Assembly: GCA_001790815.1 (NCBI GenBank)
Contig: MGDU01000010.1
Location: forward strand, 2,621-66,620
DNA from: Candidatus Uhrbacteria bacterium RIFCSPHIGHO2_02_FULL_46_47
GTDB taxonomy: Bacteria; Patescibacteriota; Patescibacteriia; GWA2-47-26
Direction: 5' to 3'
Length of the DNA stretch: 64,000 nucleotides
Made by a program: the position numbers and the translations under genes. Positions 30,082 to 39,234 of this stretch are shown in pieces; the stretch's first letter is position 1; every line of letters begins with the position of its first letter. The notes below the pieces were generated by a model, which was not told the DNA's origin, did no database searches, and saw nothing but the letters and a program-made list of their open reading frames with translations.

Positions 30082-31017
30082 TTAAAGCCATTTTTTCTTT
30101 TTGAATATCCCAATTACCACAAGCGTGCCAAGCATCATCAGCCCAAGAATCGCCCAAAAATCATACAGTTTGCCAATAAGCGGTGTTGAATATGCAGGAA
30201 TAATGAAAAGATTGGAAAATAAAGTCAACCCCAAAAGAATAATGGAAAAAATTGTAAGCGTTTTCATGATATCATTCAGACGGAGCGAAAGCAGGGTAGA
30301 GTGAGTATCTTGCACTGCATCAATGGCGCTATTATATGTTTCAAGGTGATCCCAGATTTCTTTGGTGTGATCAATTAGACGATCATAGGTATGCAAAGAA
30401 TCGTCAGACACTTTCATGTAATGTGGTAAAAGATTTATGAGGCGTCGCAAGAGATCACGATGCGGCTGCATGGCCTTGCGAAAGGTGACAACATTATTTT
30501 TAAGGCGCAAGATTTCATAGACAGTTTCTTTGGTTCTGCCATGGAGTACTTTTGTGTGCAAAGTATCGATGTCATTTGAAATATGAAAGATCATGGGGAA
30601 GCAGGCATCAAAAAGCTCGTCAAGAAGCTGGGAAATAAAACGCGTTGGATCTGCCATAAGATCGTCGCGATGATCCGGTTTTAGCTCCAGGAGCTGGAAG
30701 AAATTTTTAAGGTCCATAAAACTATTTTCATGAACAGTAATAACCTTGTTTTTGAAAATGAAAAAATCAATTTCTTGCTGTTCTATTTCGCGAGTTTTTT
30801 GGTTAAAAAGCGGGAAAACAAAGATTGCAAAAATATACTTGCGATCAAGCCGCGGCACTACTTTGGGGCGCTGGATAGGCGGCAAACAATCCTTAAGATC
30901 AAGCGGGTGCAAATTATAGGCCTTTTCCAAGTATTGCAGTTCTTCCCCGCTCGTTTTAACCGCATTTATCCATTGATAGCGTTTTCCTTTCAGGGTGTGG
31001 ATAGTTGATGGCGTCAT
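30082..31017 (-). CDS. corA: CorA-family divalent cation transporter
   Basis: LHPLDL.DCL...QRPK, LNDIMKTLT, two C-terminal TMs; canonical GMN motif not evident. Confidence 0.8.
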   Translation of the reverse strand: MTPSTIHTLKGKRYQWINAVKTSGEELQYLEKAYNLHPLDLKDCLPPIQRPKVVPRLDRKYIFAIFVFPLFNQKTREIEQQEIDFFIFKNKVITVHENSFMDLKNFFQLLELKPDHRDDLMADPTRFISQLLDELFDACFPMIFHISNDIDTLHTKVLHGRTKETVYEILRLKNNVVTFRKAMQPHRDLLRRLINLLPHYMKVSDDSLHTYDRLIDHTKEIWDHLETYNSAIDAVQDTHSTLLSLRLNDIMKTLTIFSIILLGLTLFSNLFIIPAYSTPLIGKLYDFWAILGLMMLGTLVVIGIFKKKKWL

Positions 31018-31066
31018 AGATATATCTCATTATAGCAAACTATGGTATACTTTACTAATTATTAAG

Positions 31067-31184
31067 GTAGTCGCCGCTCTTTAGGCGGCGCGCAGGCTAA
31101 AGACCTGCGGCTACATATGGCACAAGTAGTCGCCGCTCTTTAGGCGGCGCGCAGGCTAAAGACCTGCGGCTACATATGGCACAA
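31067..31184. repeat. Exact 59-bp tandem duplication of a GTAG REP doublet plus gene start
   Basis: Two copies of gtagtcgccgctctttaggcggcgcgcaggctaaagacctgcggctacatatggcacaa. Confidence 0.9.
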
Positions 31185-31652
31185 GAAGAAAAACCAAAAA
31201 TAGTCCCAACTGAACAACCGCCGGAAATAGAAAAAATTCCTGAAGCGCCAAAAGAGGCGCCTGTCCTTGAGGTTCCAATGGAACGTCCGCCTGCGGAAAA
31301 AGAATTGCCGGCAAAAGCGCCGCCGCCAATTGCGCCGGCAGTGTTGCCGCCGGCAGTACCAGCAGATCCAGTGCTTAAGCAAATTGAAACAATCCTTGCG
31401 GAGGATTTGGAAGAGGTTTATGCGCAACTTCCGCCAGAGCTTAAGCCAAAGTTTAAGGTCAAGGGCGAGGAAGTCGCGAGCGCAATTCGCACTATGATGG
31501 CAACTGCCAAGATTAAAGCGCGCAAAGTATTAAAGCTCATTGCGCAGTGGCTCAAAATTATTCCGGGTGTGAACAAATTTTTTCTGGAACAAGAAGCCGC
31601 GATCAAAGCGCAGAAAATTATGGCTGTCGCGCAGGAGGAGAAGGAAGTATGA
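31176..31652 (+). CDS. Hypothetical protein
   Basis: IE.IL.EDL...Y..L....K..FK..GEE...WL..IPGVNKFFLEQEA.IK motif after Pro-rich N-terminus. Confidence 0.8.
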   Translation: MAQEEKPKIVPTEQPPEIEKIPEAPKEAPVLEVPMERPPAEKELPAKAPPPIAPAVLPPAVPADPVLKQIETILAEDLEEVYAQLPPELKPKFKVKGEEVASAIRTMMATAKIKARKVLKLIAQWLKIIPGVNKFFLEQEAAIKAQKIMAVAQEEKEV

Positions 31653-31732
31653 TGCCAATATACGAATTTCATGCCAATCTACAAATTGCAAATTCGTATT
31701 TGTAGATTTGAATAAGATTTGTAGATTTGCAT
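31652..31732. repeat. ~80-bp AT-rich palindromic intergenic element (family F)
   Basis: atgccaatatacgaatttcatgccaatctacaaat...atttgtagatttgaataagatttgtagatttgcat. Confidence 0.85.
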
Positions 31733-31739
31733 TACATTT

Positions 31740-34286
31740 ATGCTACAGTTCGCAATCAATATCACTCCGCCGGAAATACCATCCGCCGGATTTATCACGG
31801 CAGGAATTATTGTGGGATTTTATGGTGGCATTATTGCGGCCGTATTTGCCGCGCGCGCGGCATTGCGCTTTTGGTATAAAAAAGCCATTGGGCTTAAAAA
31901 AACTATTCTTCTTGTAAGCGTGCCAAAGGAGGCCGCTGAGAAAAAATCAGAACTTGAAAAACAAAAAGCGCTCCAAGAGATTCAAGAGGATATCGCGGTC
32001 GGGGAAAAATTATTTGCCGCAATCGGCGGTCTGCGAGCGGAGCGTGGAATTATCGCTTGGTTTTTAGGGCGTTCTGATCTTTTTTCATTTGAGATTGTTG
32101 TGAAGGGCGGATTAATTTGGTTTTATGTCGCGACCCACCCCAAATATAAAGATTATGTTATACAGCAAATCCAAGCGTTGTATCACAATGCTCAAGTTGA
32201 AGAAGTTGAGGACTATAATATTTTTACTTCCAAAGGCGCGATTGCCGGCGGCTATCTCACGCTTAAGCGTCCAACACTTTTTCCACTCAAAACTTATCGC
32301 AAACTTGAAGCTGATCCGCTTGATGGCTTAGCAAACGCGCTTTCACGTATTGATAAAGCAGATGGCGCGGCTATTCAGTTTGTCGTACGCTCCGCGCGCA
32401 AAAAATGGCGCAAGTACGGCGCAAAAGTTGCTATTGAAATGCAAAAAGGAAAAAGCGCGCATGAGGCAATGGCATCTATTTCAATATTTAAAGGATTTAG
32501 CAAAGCGTTTAAGACCAGTAAAAAAGGCCCGGGTGGAGCGCCAGCTGAGGAGCAATCAAAAAGATTTTTGTCAGCCATGGAGCAGGAACAGCAAAAAGCA
32601 ATTCAGGAAAAAGCATCAAAAGCCGGGCTGGACATGAATATCCGGGTGATAACCGCGGCAAAAACCGGAACACAAGCGCATGAATATCTAAAAAATATAA
32701 TGAACGCGTTTGTGCAGTATGATTGGTTTGAGTATGGAAACAGTTTTGGGAAATCCTATCCGCGCTTAACTTCGTTTATTGCGCGCGATTTTATTTATCG
32801 CGGCTGGCGTCAAAAGCGCCGCGTAACACTGGGCGCGGAAGAGGCGGCCTCGGTTTGGCATTTGCCGCTGCCTACCACTGAGACGCCGAATATCCGCTGG
32901 CTTCTCGCGCGTAAAGCGCCTGCGCCGGTAAATGTCCCCAAAGAAGGAATTACACTTGGCTACAATCGCTACCGCGGCATTGATACAGTGATAAAACTCA
33001 AACGCGATGATCGCCGGCGGCATCTCTACATTATCGGTAAATCCGGAACAGGAAAATCTGTGTTTATTGAAAATCTGGCAATTCAGGATATTCGCGCTGG
33101 CGAAGGCGTATGTGTGGTGGATCCGCATGGTGATTTGATTGAGCATATTTTGGCCGCGGTGCCCAAAGAACGGATTGATGATGTGATTATTTTTGATCCT
33201 TCGGATTTGGAGCGGCCGGTGGGGCTTAATATGCTGGAGGCAAAAGACGAAGGCACTAAGGATTTTGCCGTGCAGGAAATGATCGCGATTTTTTACAAAC
33301 TATTTCCTCCAGAAATGATTGGTCCGATGTTTGAACATAATATGCGCAATGTGATGCTCACGCTCATGTCAGATCCCAATGAAAATGGCACCATTGCGGA
33401 AATCCCGCGCATGTTTTCCGACGCGGATTATCAAAAGTTCTGGGTGGCCAAGCTTAAAGATCCGGTAGTGCGCGCGTTTTGGGAAAAAGAAATGGCAAAA
33501 ACCAGCGATTTTCATAAATCAGAAATGCTTGGTTACTTAATTTCAAAAGTCGGTCGATTTGTGGAAAACGCGATGATGCGCAATATTATTGGCCAGCAAA
33601 ACTCCGGCTTTGATATTCGCGAAGTCATGGATAAAAAGAAAGTGCTTTTGGTAAATCTTGCCAAAGGAAAAACCGGAGAGGTGAACTCCAATTTGCTCGG
33701 GCTTATTATTGTATCAAAACTGCAGATGGCGGCTCTTGGCCGCGCGGATTTGCCAGAGGCGGAGCGGCACGATTTTTATCTTTATATTGATGAGTTTCAA
33801 AACTTTATTACTGATTCTATTGCCACGATTTTATCTGAGGCGCGCAAATACCGTTTGTGTCTTATTATCGCGCACCAATATATGGGACAACTGTCTGGCG
33901 GAAAAGAAGGCGGACAAGATACCAAGATTCGTGATGCCGTGCTTGGAAATGCCGGGACCATGTCGTCATTTCGCATCGGCGTTGAAGACGCGGAAGTTAT
34001 GGCAAAAGAATTCGCGCCGGTATTTAATGAGTATGACATGATCAACATTGAGCAATATACGGCATACATAAAATTGTTGGTGGACAATCAATCAACCAGG
34101 CCGTTTAATATGCACACTTATCCGCCCATAAAAGGCGATCCAAAAATTGCCGAAGCAATAAAACAACTTTCGCGCCTGAAATACGGCCGCGATCGCGCGA
34201 TTGTGGAAGCAGAGATTTTGGAACGCTCGCAGTTGGGCGAGCCGGAGCGAACTGCCGGACCTTTGGTAGGGGAGCGCGGATTATGA
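31740..34286 (+). CDS. Membrane-anchored VirB4/VirD4/HerA-like P-loop ATPase
   Basis: DRRRHLYIIGKSGTGKS, DPHGDL, LYIDEFQNF, SEARKY.L...AHQ. Confidence 0.88.
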   Translation: MLQFAINITPPEIPSAGFITAGIIVGFYGGIIAAVFAARAALRFWYKKAIGLKKTILLVSVPKEAAEKKSELEKQKALQEIQEDIAVGEKLFAAIGGLRAERGIIAWFLGRSDLFSFEIVVKGGLIWFYVATHPKYKDYVIQQIQALYHNAQVEEVEDYNIFTSKGAIAGGYLTLKRPTLFPLKTYRKLEADPLDGLANALSRIDKADGAAIQFVVRSARKKWRKYGAKVAIEMQKGKSAHEAMASISIFKGFSKAFKTSKKGPGGAPAEEQSKRFLSAMEQEQQKAIQEKASKAGLDMNIRVITAAKTGTQAHEYLKNIMNAFVQYDWFEYGNSFGKSYPRLTSFIARDFIYRGWRQKRRVTLGAEEAASVWHLPLPTTETPNIRWLLARKAPAPVNVPKEGITLGYNRYRGIDTVIKLKRDDRRRHLYIIGKSGTGKSVFIENLAIQDIRAGEGVCVVDPHGDLIEHILAAVPKERIDDVIIFDPSDLERPVGLNMLEAKDEGTKDFAVQEMIAIFYKLFPPEMIGPMFEHNMRNVMLTLMSDPNENGTIAEIPRMFSDADYQKFWVAKLKDPVVRAFWEKEMAKTSDFHKSEMLGYLISKVGRFVENAMMRNIIGQQNSGFDIREVMDKKKVLLVNLAKGKTGEVNSNLLGLIIVSKLQMAALGRADLPEAERHDFYLYIDEFQNFITDSIATILSEARKYRLCLIIAHQYMGQLSGGKEGGQDTKIRDAVLGNAGTMSSFRIGVEDAEVMAKEFAPVFNEYDMINIEQYTAYIKLLVDNQSTRPFNMHTYPPIKGDPKIAEAIKQLSRLKYGRDRAIVEAEILERSQLGEPERTAGPLVGERGL

Positions 34287-34906
34287 TTCTTCTAACAGTT
34301 TTTTACGGTGTTTTCCTTTTGGGAATTGGTTTTTTAGGTTTTTCCATGCTTTCGAGTTTGCGCGCGGAGGCGCCGTATGTTCCAACCGGAAGGCGAGATT
34401 TGAAAAAAATCCTGGAAGCGGCGGAAATTAAACCCGGCGAAGTATTTTATGATTTAGGAAGCGGTGATGGCCGTGCTGTGCGCGCGGCGGCGCGTTTGGG
34501 TGCGCGCGCTGTGGGATTTGAACAGTCGTGGTTGCTGGTTTGGTGGTCGCGGCTGTGGTGGCGCACTGCCACCACCCGGCAGTGTGGATTCGGAAGGAAC
34601 GCAAGGGTCCTCTTTCGGCCTTCGGCCTGCAGACGCTCCCAATCCTTCCTCACCACACCGCCGAGCGTTGGCAGTGCTTCTTTTTTAAAAAAGAATTATT
34701 TACGGGAAAATTTGTCTGATGCGGATGTGATTTTTTGTTATTTAATGCCCAAAGCCATGGAACATTTGAAGGAAAAATTTGAAACCGAACTTAAGCCCGG
34801 TACGCGTATTTTTTCCCGTGCTTTTAAAATTCCGGGCTGGACGCCGCAGGCGCGTTTACAGTTTTCCCGCCGCGCCCCGCCGGTGTATGTGTATGTGAAA
34901 GAGTAG
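34283..34906 (+). CDS. Class I SAM-dependent methyltransferase with in-frame hairpin insertion
   Basis: APYVPT, YDLGSGDGR, ADVIFCYL, ELKPGTR. Confidence 0.85.
   Translation: MILLTVFYGVFLLGIGFLGFSMLSSLRAEAPYVPTGRRDLKKILEAAEIKPGEVFYDLGSGDGRAVRAAARLGARAVGFEQSWLLVWWSRLWWRTATTRQCGFGRNARVLFRPSACRRSQSFLTTPPSVGSASFLKKNYLRENLSDADVIFCYLMPKAMEHLKEKFETELKPGTRIFSRAFKIPGWTPQARLQFSRRAPPVYVYVKE
34563..34677. repeat. 115-bp long hairpin element in frame in methyltransferase
   Basis: gcactgcca..cggcagtgtgg..ggaagga / tccttcc..ccacaccgccg..tggcagtgc. Confidence 0.75.
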
Positions 34907-34962
34907 CACACATTGCAAAATGGGAGACGTTGCGATGCGTTGAAAATATGCAAAAACCGTGA

Positions 34963-34996
34963 TTGTCAACTATTCACGATCGTGATAAACTGACAA
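34963..34996. repeat. Family G palindrome upstream of PaaX/Cas2-like gene 2
   Basis: ttgtcaactattcacgatcgtgataaactgacaa. Confidence 0.9.
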
Positions 34997-34999
34997 GCA

Positions 35000-35620
35000 G
35001 TGAAGCACCCCAAAATTGAGCAAAAAAATATGAGTCTGAAATTAAAACTAAAACAGTGGGAAATTTCACTGTTGGAATGGGAACTTGCGCATCCTCAGGA
35101 AGAGAGTGTGCATGTGTCGCGTACTCGCAAGTGGACAAGCACTGGGCTTGGCCCCGAAGTCTATGCCGCGGAGCAACGCTATTGGACGCGCAAGAAATTG
35201 GTGGCCAAGCAAAAAATGCTTGCCCAGCGCCTCGCATACCTAAAGCGACATCATTATTTGGAGCGCGTTAAGGAAGCGGATCACACTTTTGAAAAACTGA
35301 CCGCGCGCGGAAAGTTTGAAGTATTGCGCCTTCAGTTCGCGCTGCATATGCAGGCACAGCGTCACAAACCATGGAATGGAAAATTTTATTTGGTGGTATT
35401 TGATATTCCGGAAACAATGCGCCGATATCGCGATTTTTTCCGAAAACTGCTGAAAAGCAACGGTTTTAAGTTCTTGCAGTTGAGCGTGTGGATGACGCGC
35501 TATGACCCGCGCCCGGCGCTTGACGATATAGTGCGTTATCTAAAATTGCAGATACATTATGAACTAATGGAAATTGATTGCGGCGGTTGCAGCCCGCGCG
35601 TGCAACGGAAGATTAGGTAG
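35000..35620 (+). CDS. PaaX-like protein (wHTH remnant + Cas2-like domain), paralog 2
   Basis: L.YLKR..YLE...KLTARG; W.GK..LVVFDIPE..R..RD.FR..LK..GF..LQ.SVW. Confidence 0.8.
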   Translation: MKHPKIEQKNMSLKLKLKQWEISLLEWELAHPQEESVHVSRTRKWTSTGLGPEVYAAEQRYWTRKKLVAKQKMLAQRLAYLKRHHYLERVKEADHTFEKLTARGKFEVLRLQFALHMQAQRHKPWNGKFYLVVFDIPETMRRYRDFFRKLLKSNGFKFLQLSVWMTRYDPRPALDDIVRYLKLQIHYELMEIDCGGCSPRVQRKIR

Positions 35621-35644
35621 TTTGTGCGAAAATCTCCAAAAATG

Positions 35645-35684
35645 TGATTGTCAAATACTCACGATCGTGATAAACTGACAATCA
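35645..35684. repeat. Family G palindrome downstream of PaaX/Cas2-like gene 2
   Basis: tgattgtcaaatactcacgatcgtgataaactgacaatca. Confidence 0.9.
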
Positions 35685-35780
35685 GTGCCGCATGTGATTT
35701 GCGAGTTTTTGTGACAGGATAAAAAACTTTCTAAATTAAAAGAAGCGCGTCCTGCGAAGCAGGCGCGCCTAGAAACCTTC

Positions 35781-36896
35781 TTAACGAACGCCCAAGGTTG
35801 AACCGTCGTACTCCAGTCCCTTGGGTTGGATGACCACTTTCTTTTCTTCGCCGCGCTTTTCGATGTGGCCGGCGCGCATGGCTTTGAAATCGCACTGCTC
35901 GGCAAGTGTGATTACCTGTTCCACATCGGCCGTTGGTACATAAAGCGCAAAACCCGCGCCCATGTTGAAGTTGCCGTACATCTCTGTGTCGTTTACCGGA
36001 CCGCACTCCTGGATGAAGCGAAAGATCGGCTGGGGTTCCGGGATTTTTTCCAGCAGATACACGAACGGTTCGCGCGCGCGCATGAGCTTGCGCCAGCCGT
36101 GTCCGGTGATGTTCACCGTGTAGTGTATACTCACGCCATGGTTGAGGCAATCCTCAACAAGTGCGACGTAGATGTATGTCGGATCCAGCAGTGCCTCACC
36201 GTATGTCCGCCCATCAGGAAGCTGAGTGAGATATCCTTCGGGCAAATTGTCGGCAATCGTCCGCGCCATCGTGAGGCCGTTCGCGTGAATCCCGGAACTC
36301 TCGACAAGAACGATCGCGTCGCCGTGTTGGATTTTGCTCGGTGTGATGAGTCGTTCTTTAGGCTGCACCAGGCCGATCGCCGAACCGGAAAGTACCACTG
36401 CTTCGGGTACCACTACACCCTTGAGTGTTGGTGTTTCACCGCCGCCCCAGACACAGCGGGCGAGTATGCACGCTTGTTTCCATCCATGGATTAGATCACT
36501 ACAACGTCGCGTGTCTTGGAACCAATCGGACGCGCCAACCGCAAGATGCATCGCCACCGAAAGCGGCAGAGCACCAAGCGTGATCATATCGTTTACGATC
36601 ATCGCCACAGTGTCCTGTGCAATCTGGTCGTAATAGGACTTGCCGGTGAGTTTGTACATCGCGTCGGCAACGAGATTCTTCGTACCCAGCCCTTCCTCAA
36701 CATGGGCAAGGAAACGGTCACCGGCGTCGATGAGGTACGCGCTCTCACCGCGACTCATTAGAACTTCCGATAAACCGAGTCGAGCGACGTTGATTGCTGT
36801 TTCCATCGCGGCAAGTTGTGCCTCGCGCTTGAACGGATCCATGGCATCGTAGTCCACACCTGTACCGGCGTAGGTTATTGCCTGTTTCTCGCTCAT
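35781..36896 (-). CDS. purM: Phosphoribosylaminoimidazole (AIR) synthetase
   Basis: TY...GVD, EGLGTK, VAMIVND, GGET, SSGIHANG, NITGHG, FNMG.GF. Confidence 0.88.
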   Translation of the reverse strand: MSEKQAITYAGTGVDYDAMDPFKREAQLAAMETAINVARLGLSEVLMSRGESAYLIDAGDRFLAHVEEGLGTKNLVADAMYKLTGKSYYDQIAQDTVAMIVNDMITLGALPLSVAMHLAVGASDWFQDTRRCSDLIHGWKQACILARCVWGGGETPTLKGVVVPEAVVLSGSAIGLVQPKERLITPSKIQHGDAIVLVESSGIHANGLTMARTIADNLPEGYLTQLPDGRTYGEALLDPTYIYVALVEDCLNHGVSIHYTVNITGHGWRKLMRAREPFVYLLEKIPEPQPIFRFIQECGPVNDTEMYGNFNMGAGFALYVPTADVEQVITLAEQCDFKAMRAGHIEKRGEEKKVVIQPKGLEYDGSTLGVR

Positions 36897-37037
36897 AGTC
36901 GCACTCTTTCTCCTACTTGTGCGTGGATTTGAGTCAATGATCTACTAGCCAGCCCCATGATATTAACATAATTCCTTACAGTTGCAAAATGCGTGGTGCC
37001 GTGGTACGCTGTAAATAGACAAATACCCATACAAAAT

Positions 37038-37574
37038 ATGCCAAACAAAAATGATGAGCTTGCCTTACAGCTTGCGGAATTTCGAAAAAAAATTGATGCG
37101 GCGCAGAAGATGATGGAGCAGGGCGATGTAGAGCAAGCTGAGGCATTCATAGCTGATTTGCGCGCGCACAGTCATGCCACGCAACCCACCCCAGTGCCGG
37201 ATGGGAGTCGTATAATTGAAGGCGTGTTTGACGGACAGCGCATGATTGGCGCGGACGGAAAACAGTATTTAGTGCCGCCAAATTATGCGTCGAAGTCAAA
37301 GTTGGTGGAGGGTGATATGATGAAGCTCTCTATAACTTTGCAAGGCGCGTTTATTTATAAACAAATCGGACCTATTGAGCGCAAACGAGTGGCATGCACG
37401 CTCACCAAAGATGGCGAGGGATTGTGGCATGCAACTGATGGCGTGCATGAATGGCGCCTTTTGACTGCGGCAGTAACATTTTTTAAAGGCAAAGCCGGAG
37501 ATGAGGTAATTATTTTCTTGCCAGGCGATGCTCCCTCAAAATGGGCAGCAGTGGAAAACATTATTGCAAAATAA
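37038..37574 (+). CDS. Hypothetical protein
   Basis: IIEGVFDGQ.MIG.DGK.Y.VP.NYASKSKLVEGD motif. Confidence 0.8.
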   Translation: MPNKNDELALQLAEFRKKIDAAQKMMEQGDVEQAEAFIADLRAHSHATQPTPVPDGSRIIEGVFDGQRMIGADGKQYLVPPNYASKSKLVEGDMMKLSITLQGAFIYKQIGPIERKRVACTLTKDGEGLWHATDGVHEWRLLTAAVTFFKGKAGDEVIIFLPGDAPSKWAAVENIIAK

Positions 37575-37577
37575 TCT

Positions 37578-39224
37578 ATGGCATTAGCACTCTATCGCAA
37601 ATATCGTCCCCAAACCTTTCGGGAAATTACCAATCAGAATCATGTCAAAATAACTCTTGAGCGAGAGGTTGCGCAAGAAAAGGTAGCACACGCCTACCTT
37701 TTTTCAGGTCCGCGAGGAACGGGAAAGACTTCGCTCGCGCGCATTTTGGCAAAAGCAGTGAATTGTCAGGGCTTAGCCCTGGACGCAAAAGGGCTAAGCC
37801 CTAGACAAAATGGTGAGCCGTGCAATAAATGCGAGGCATGCAATACTATTACGGAGGGACGTGCGCTGGATGTTATTGAAATTGACGCCGCTTCATATAC
37901 CGGCGTAGATAATGTGCGCGAAACCATTGTTGAAACGGCGAAATTCGCGCCCTCGCGCCTTAAGTGCAAGGTATTCATTATTGATGAGGTGCATATGCTC
38001 TCAAATGCGGCCTGGAACGCGCTTTTGAAAATAATGGAGGAGCCTCCCGCGCATGTTATTTTTGTACTGGCCACAACCGAGGTGCATAAAGTTCCGGCAA
38101 CGATTCTCTCACGCTGTCAGCGATTTGATTTTCATCGTATTCGCCCCTCTGACATGGTTGCGCGGTTGAAATTTATCGCGGCGCAGGAAAAAGTAAAAGT
38201 TGCAACGCCAGTGCTTCAATCTGTGGCGCGATTTGCCGAAGGGTGCGTACGCGACGCTGAAAGTTTGCTGGAGCAATTATTTTCATTGGGAGAAAAGGAA
38301 ATTACCGAAGATGTGGCATCACTGGTACTTCCGCGCACTTCCATGCCGCTCGCGCTGGATTTACTGGAGTGTATAAGCGCGGGTGAGGTTAGACGCGCGC
38401 TTTTGCTTATCGGGTCGCTTACGGATCAAGGGATAGATCTTCCGCAATTTTCCAGCGACTTGCTGGAATTGTTGCGCAATGTGCTTCTGATTAAAAATGG
38501 CGGCAAGGACATGGTGGTTTCCGCGACAGACGCGTCCACATTTGAGCGTTTGGAAAAAATTAGCGACGGCTGGACAATGCCGCGGATACTCTTCATCGTT
38601 GATACATTTGTAAAAGCCAAACAAGGACTCAAGGGCGCAACCATTCCGCAATTGCCATTGGAGATTGCTGTAGTGGAGGCGGGGGAGGAAGGGCGCGCCG
38701 GTCAGCCGGAAGATCTGCCTCGAACACGCGTCGGCGCAACATTTACCCTGTACGATGACTCATCTCGCCGCGCTCCCGCTCGCCCCGCCTCAACGACTCC
38801 ATTAAAAGAGACCCAGATTTCGGCGGGGCTGCGCGAGGGTTCTCGGCAGTCCTCCCAGCCGCCCGTCGCGCCAAAAGTGAAGAGGAATGAAAATAACAAT
38901 GCGGTATTATCTTTGCAAGATCTCCAGGCCAAATGGCCGGAGGTGTTAAAGCGCGCGCAAGAAGAGAATCATTCACTGCCATTTTTGCTTTCCACAAGTG
39001 AACCAATGCGGATGGAAGGCGATACCATTCATGTTGGCGTGCAATATCCGTTTCATTGCGATAAATTAAATGAGCCAAAATCCCGTGCGGTACTTGAAAA
39101 GATTGTAAGTGATGTATATGCCATGCCACTGCGCATCCAAGGGGTAATTTCCGCCCGGCCGTCTGAAAAAGATAATTCAGTGGAGGATGTTTTAAAAACA
39201 CTTGGCGGGCGACTTGTTGGATAA
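37578..39224 (+). CDS. dnaX: DNA polymerase III subunit gamma/tau
   Basis: LYRKYRP, HAYLFSGPRGTGKTS, PC..C..C, EIDAAS, IIDEVHML, TILSRCQ. Confidence 0.96.
   Translation: MALALYRKYRPQTFREITNQNHVKITLEREVAQEKVAHAYLFSGPRGTGKTSLARILAKAVNCQGLALDAKGLSPRQNGEPCNKCEACNTITEGRALDVIEIDAASYTGVDNVRETIVETAKFAPSRLKCKVFIIDEVHMLSNAAWNALLKIMEEPPAHVIFVLATTEVHKVPATILSRCQRFDFHRIRPSDMVARLKFIAAQEKVKVATPVLQSVARFAEGCVRDAESLLEQLFSLGEKEITEDVASLVLPRTSMPLALDLLECISAGEVRRALLLIGSLTDQGIDLPQFSSDLLELLRNVLLIKNGGKDMVVSATDASTFERLEKISDGWTMPRILFIVDTFVKAKQGLKGATIPQLPLEIAVVEAGEEGRAGQPEDLPRTRVGATFTLYDDSSRRAPARPASTTPLKETQISAGLREGSRQSSQPPVAPKVKRNENNNAVLSLQDLQAKWPEVLKRAQEENHSLPFLLSTSEPMRMEGDTIHVGVQYPFHCDKLNEPKSRAVLEKIVSDVYAMPLRIQGVISARPSEKDNSVEDVLKTLGGRLVG
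37768..37802. repeat. Family C doublet in frame in dnaX Zn-module loop
   Basis: agggcttagccct-ggacgcaaa-agggctaagccct; C-QGLALDAKGLSPRQNGE-PC. Confidence 0.85.
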
Positions 39225-39234
39225 CAGTGAAAAT

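Noticed and set aside
31067-31184. Mini CRISPR array
   Set aside because: Exact head-to-tail duplication with no unique spacer
31740-34286. Conjugative element based on the VirB4/VirD4-like ATPase
   Set aside because: No relaxase, integrase or other T4SS genes; it sits among housekeeping-type genes
26765-35684. CRISPR-Cas locus (Cas2-like proteins, ~36-bp palindromic repeats)
   Set aside because: Repeats are not arrayed with regular spacers, there are no cas1 or effector genes, and the proteins are ~210 aa PaaX-like
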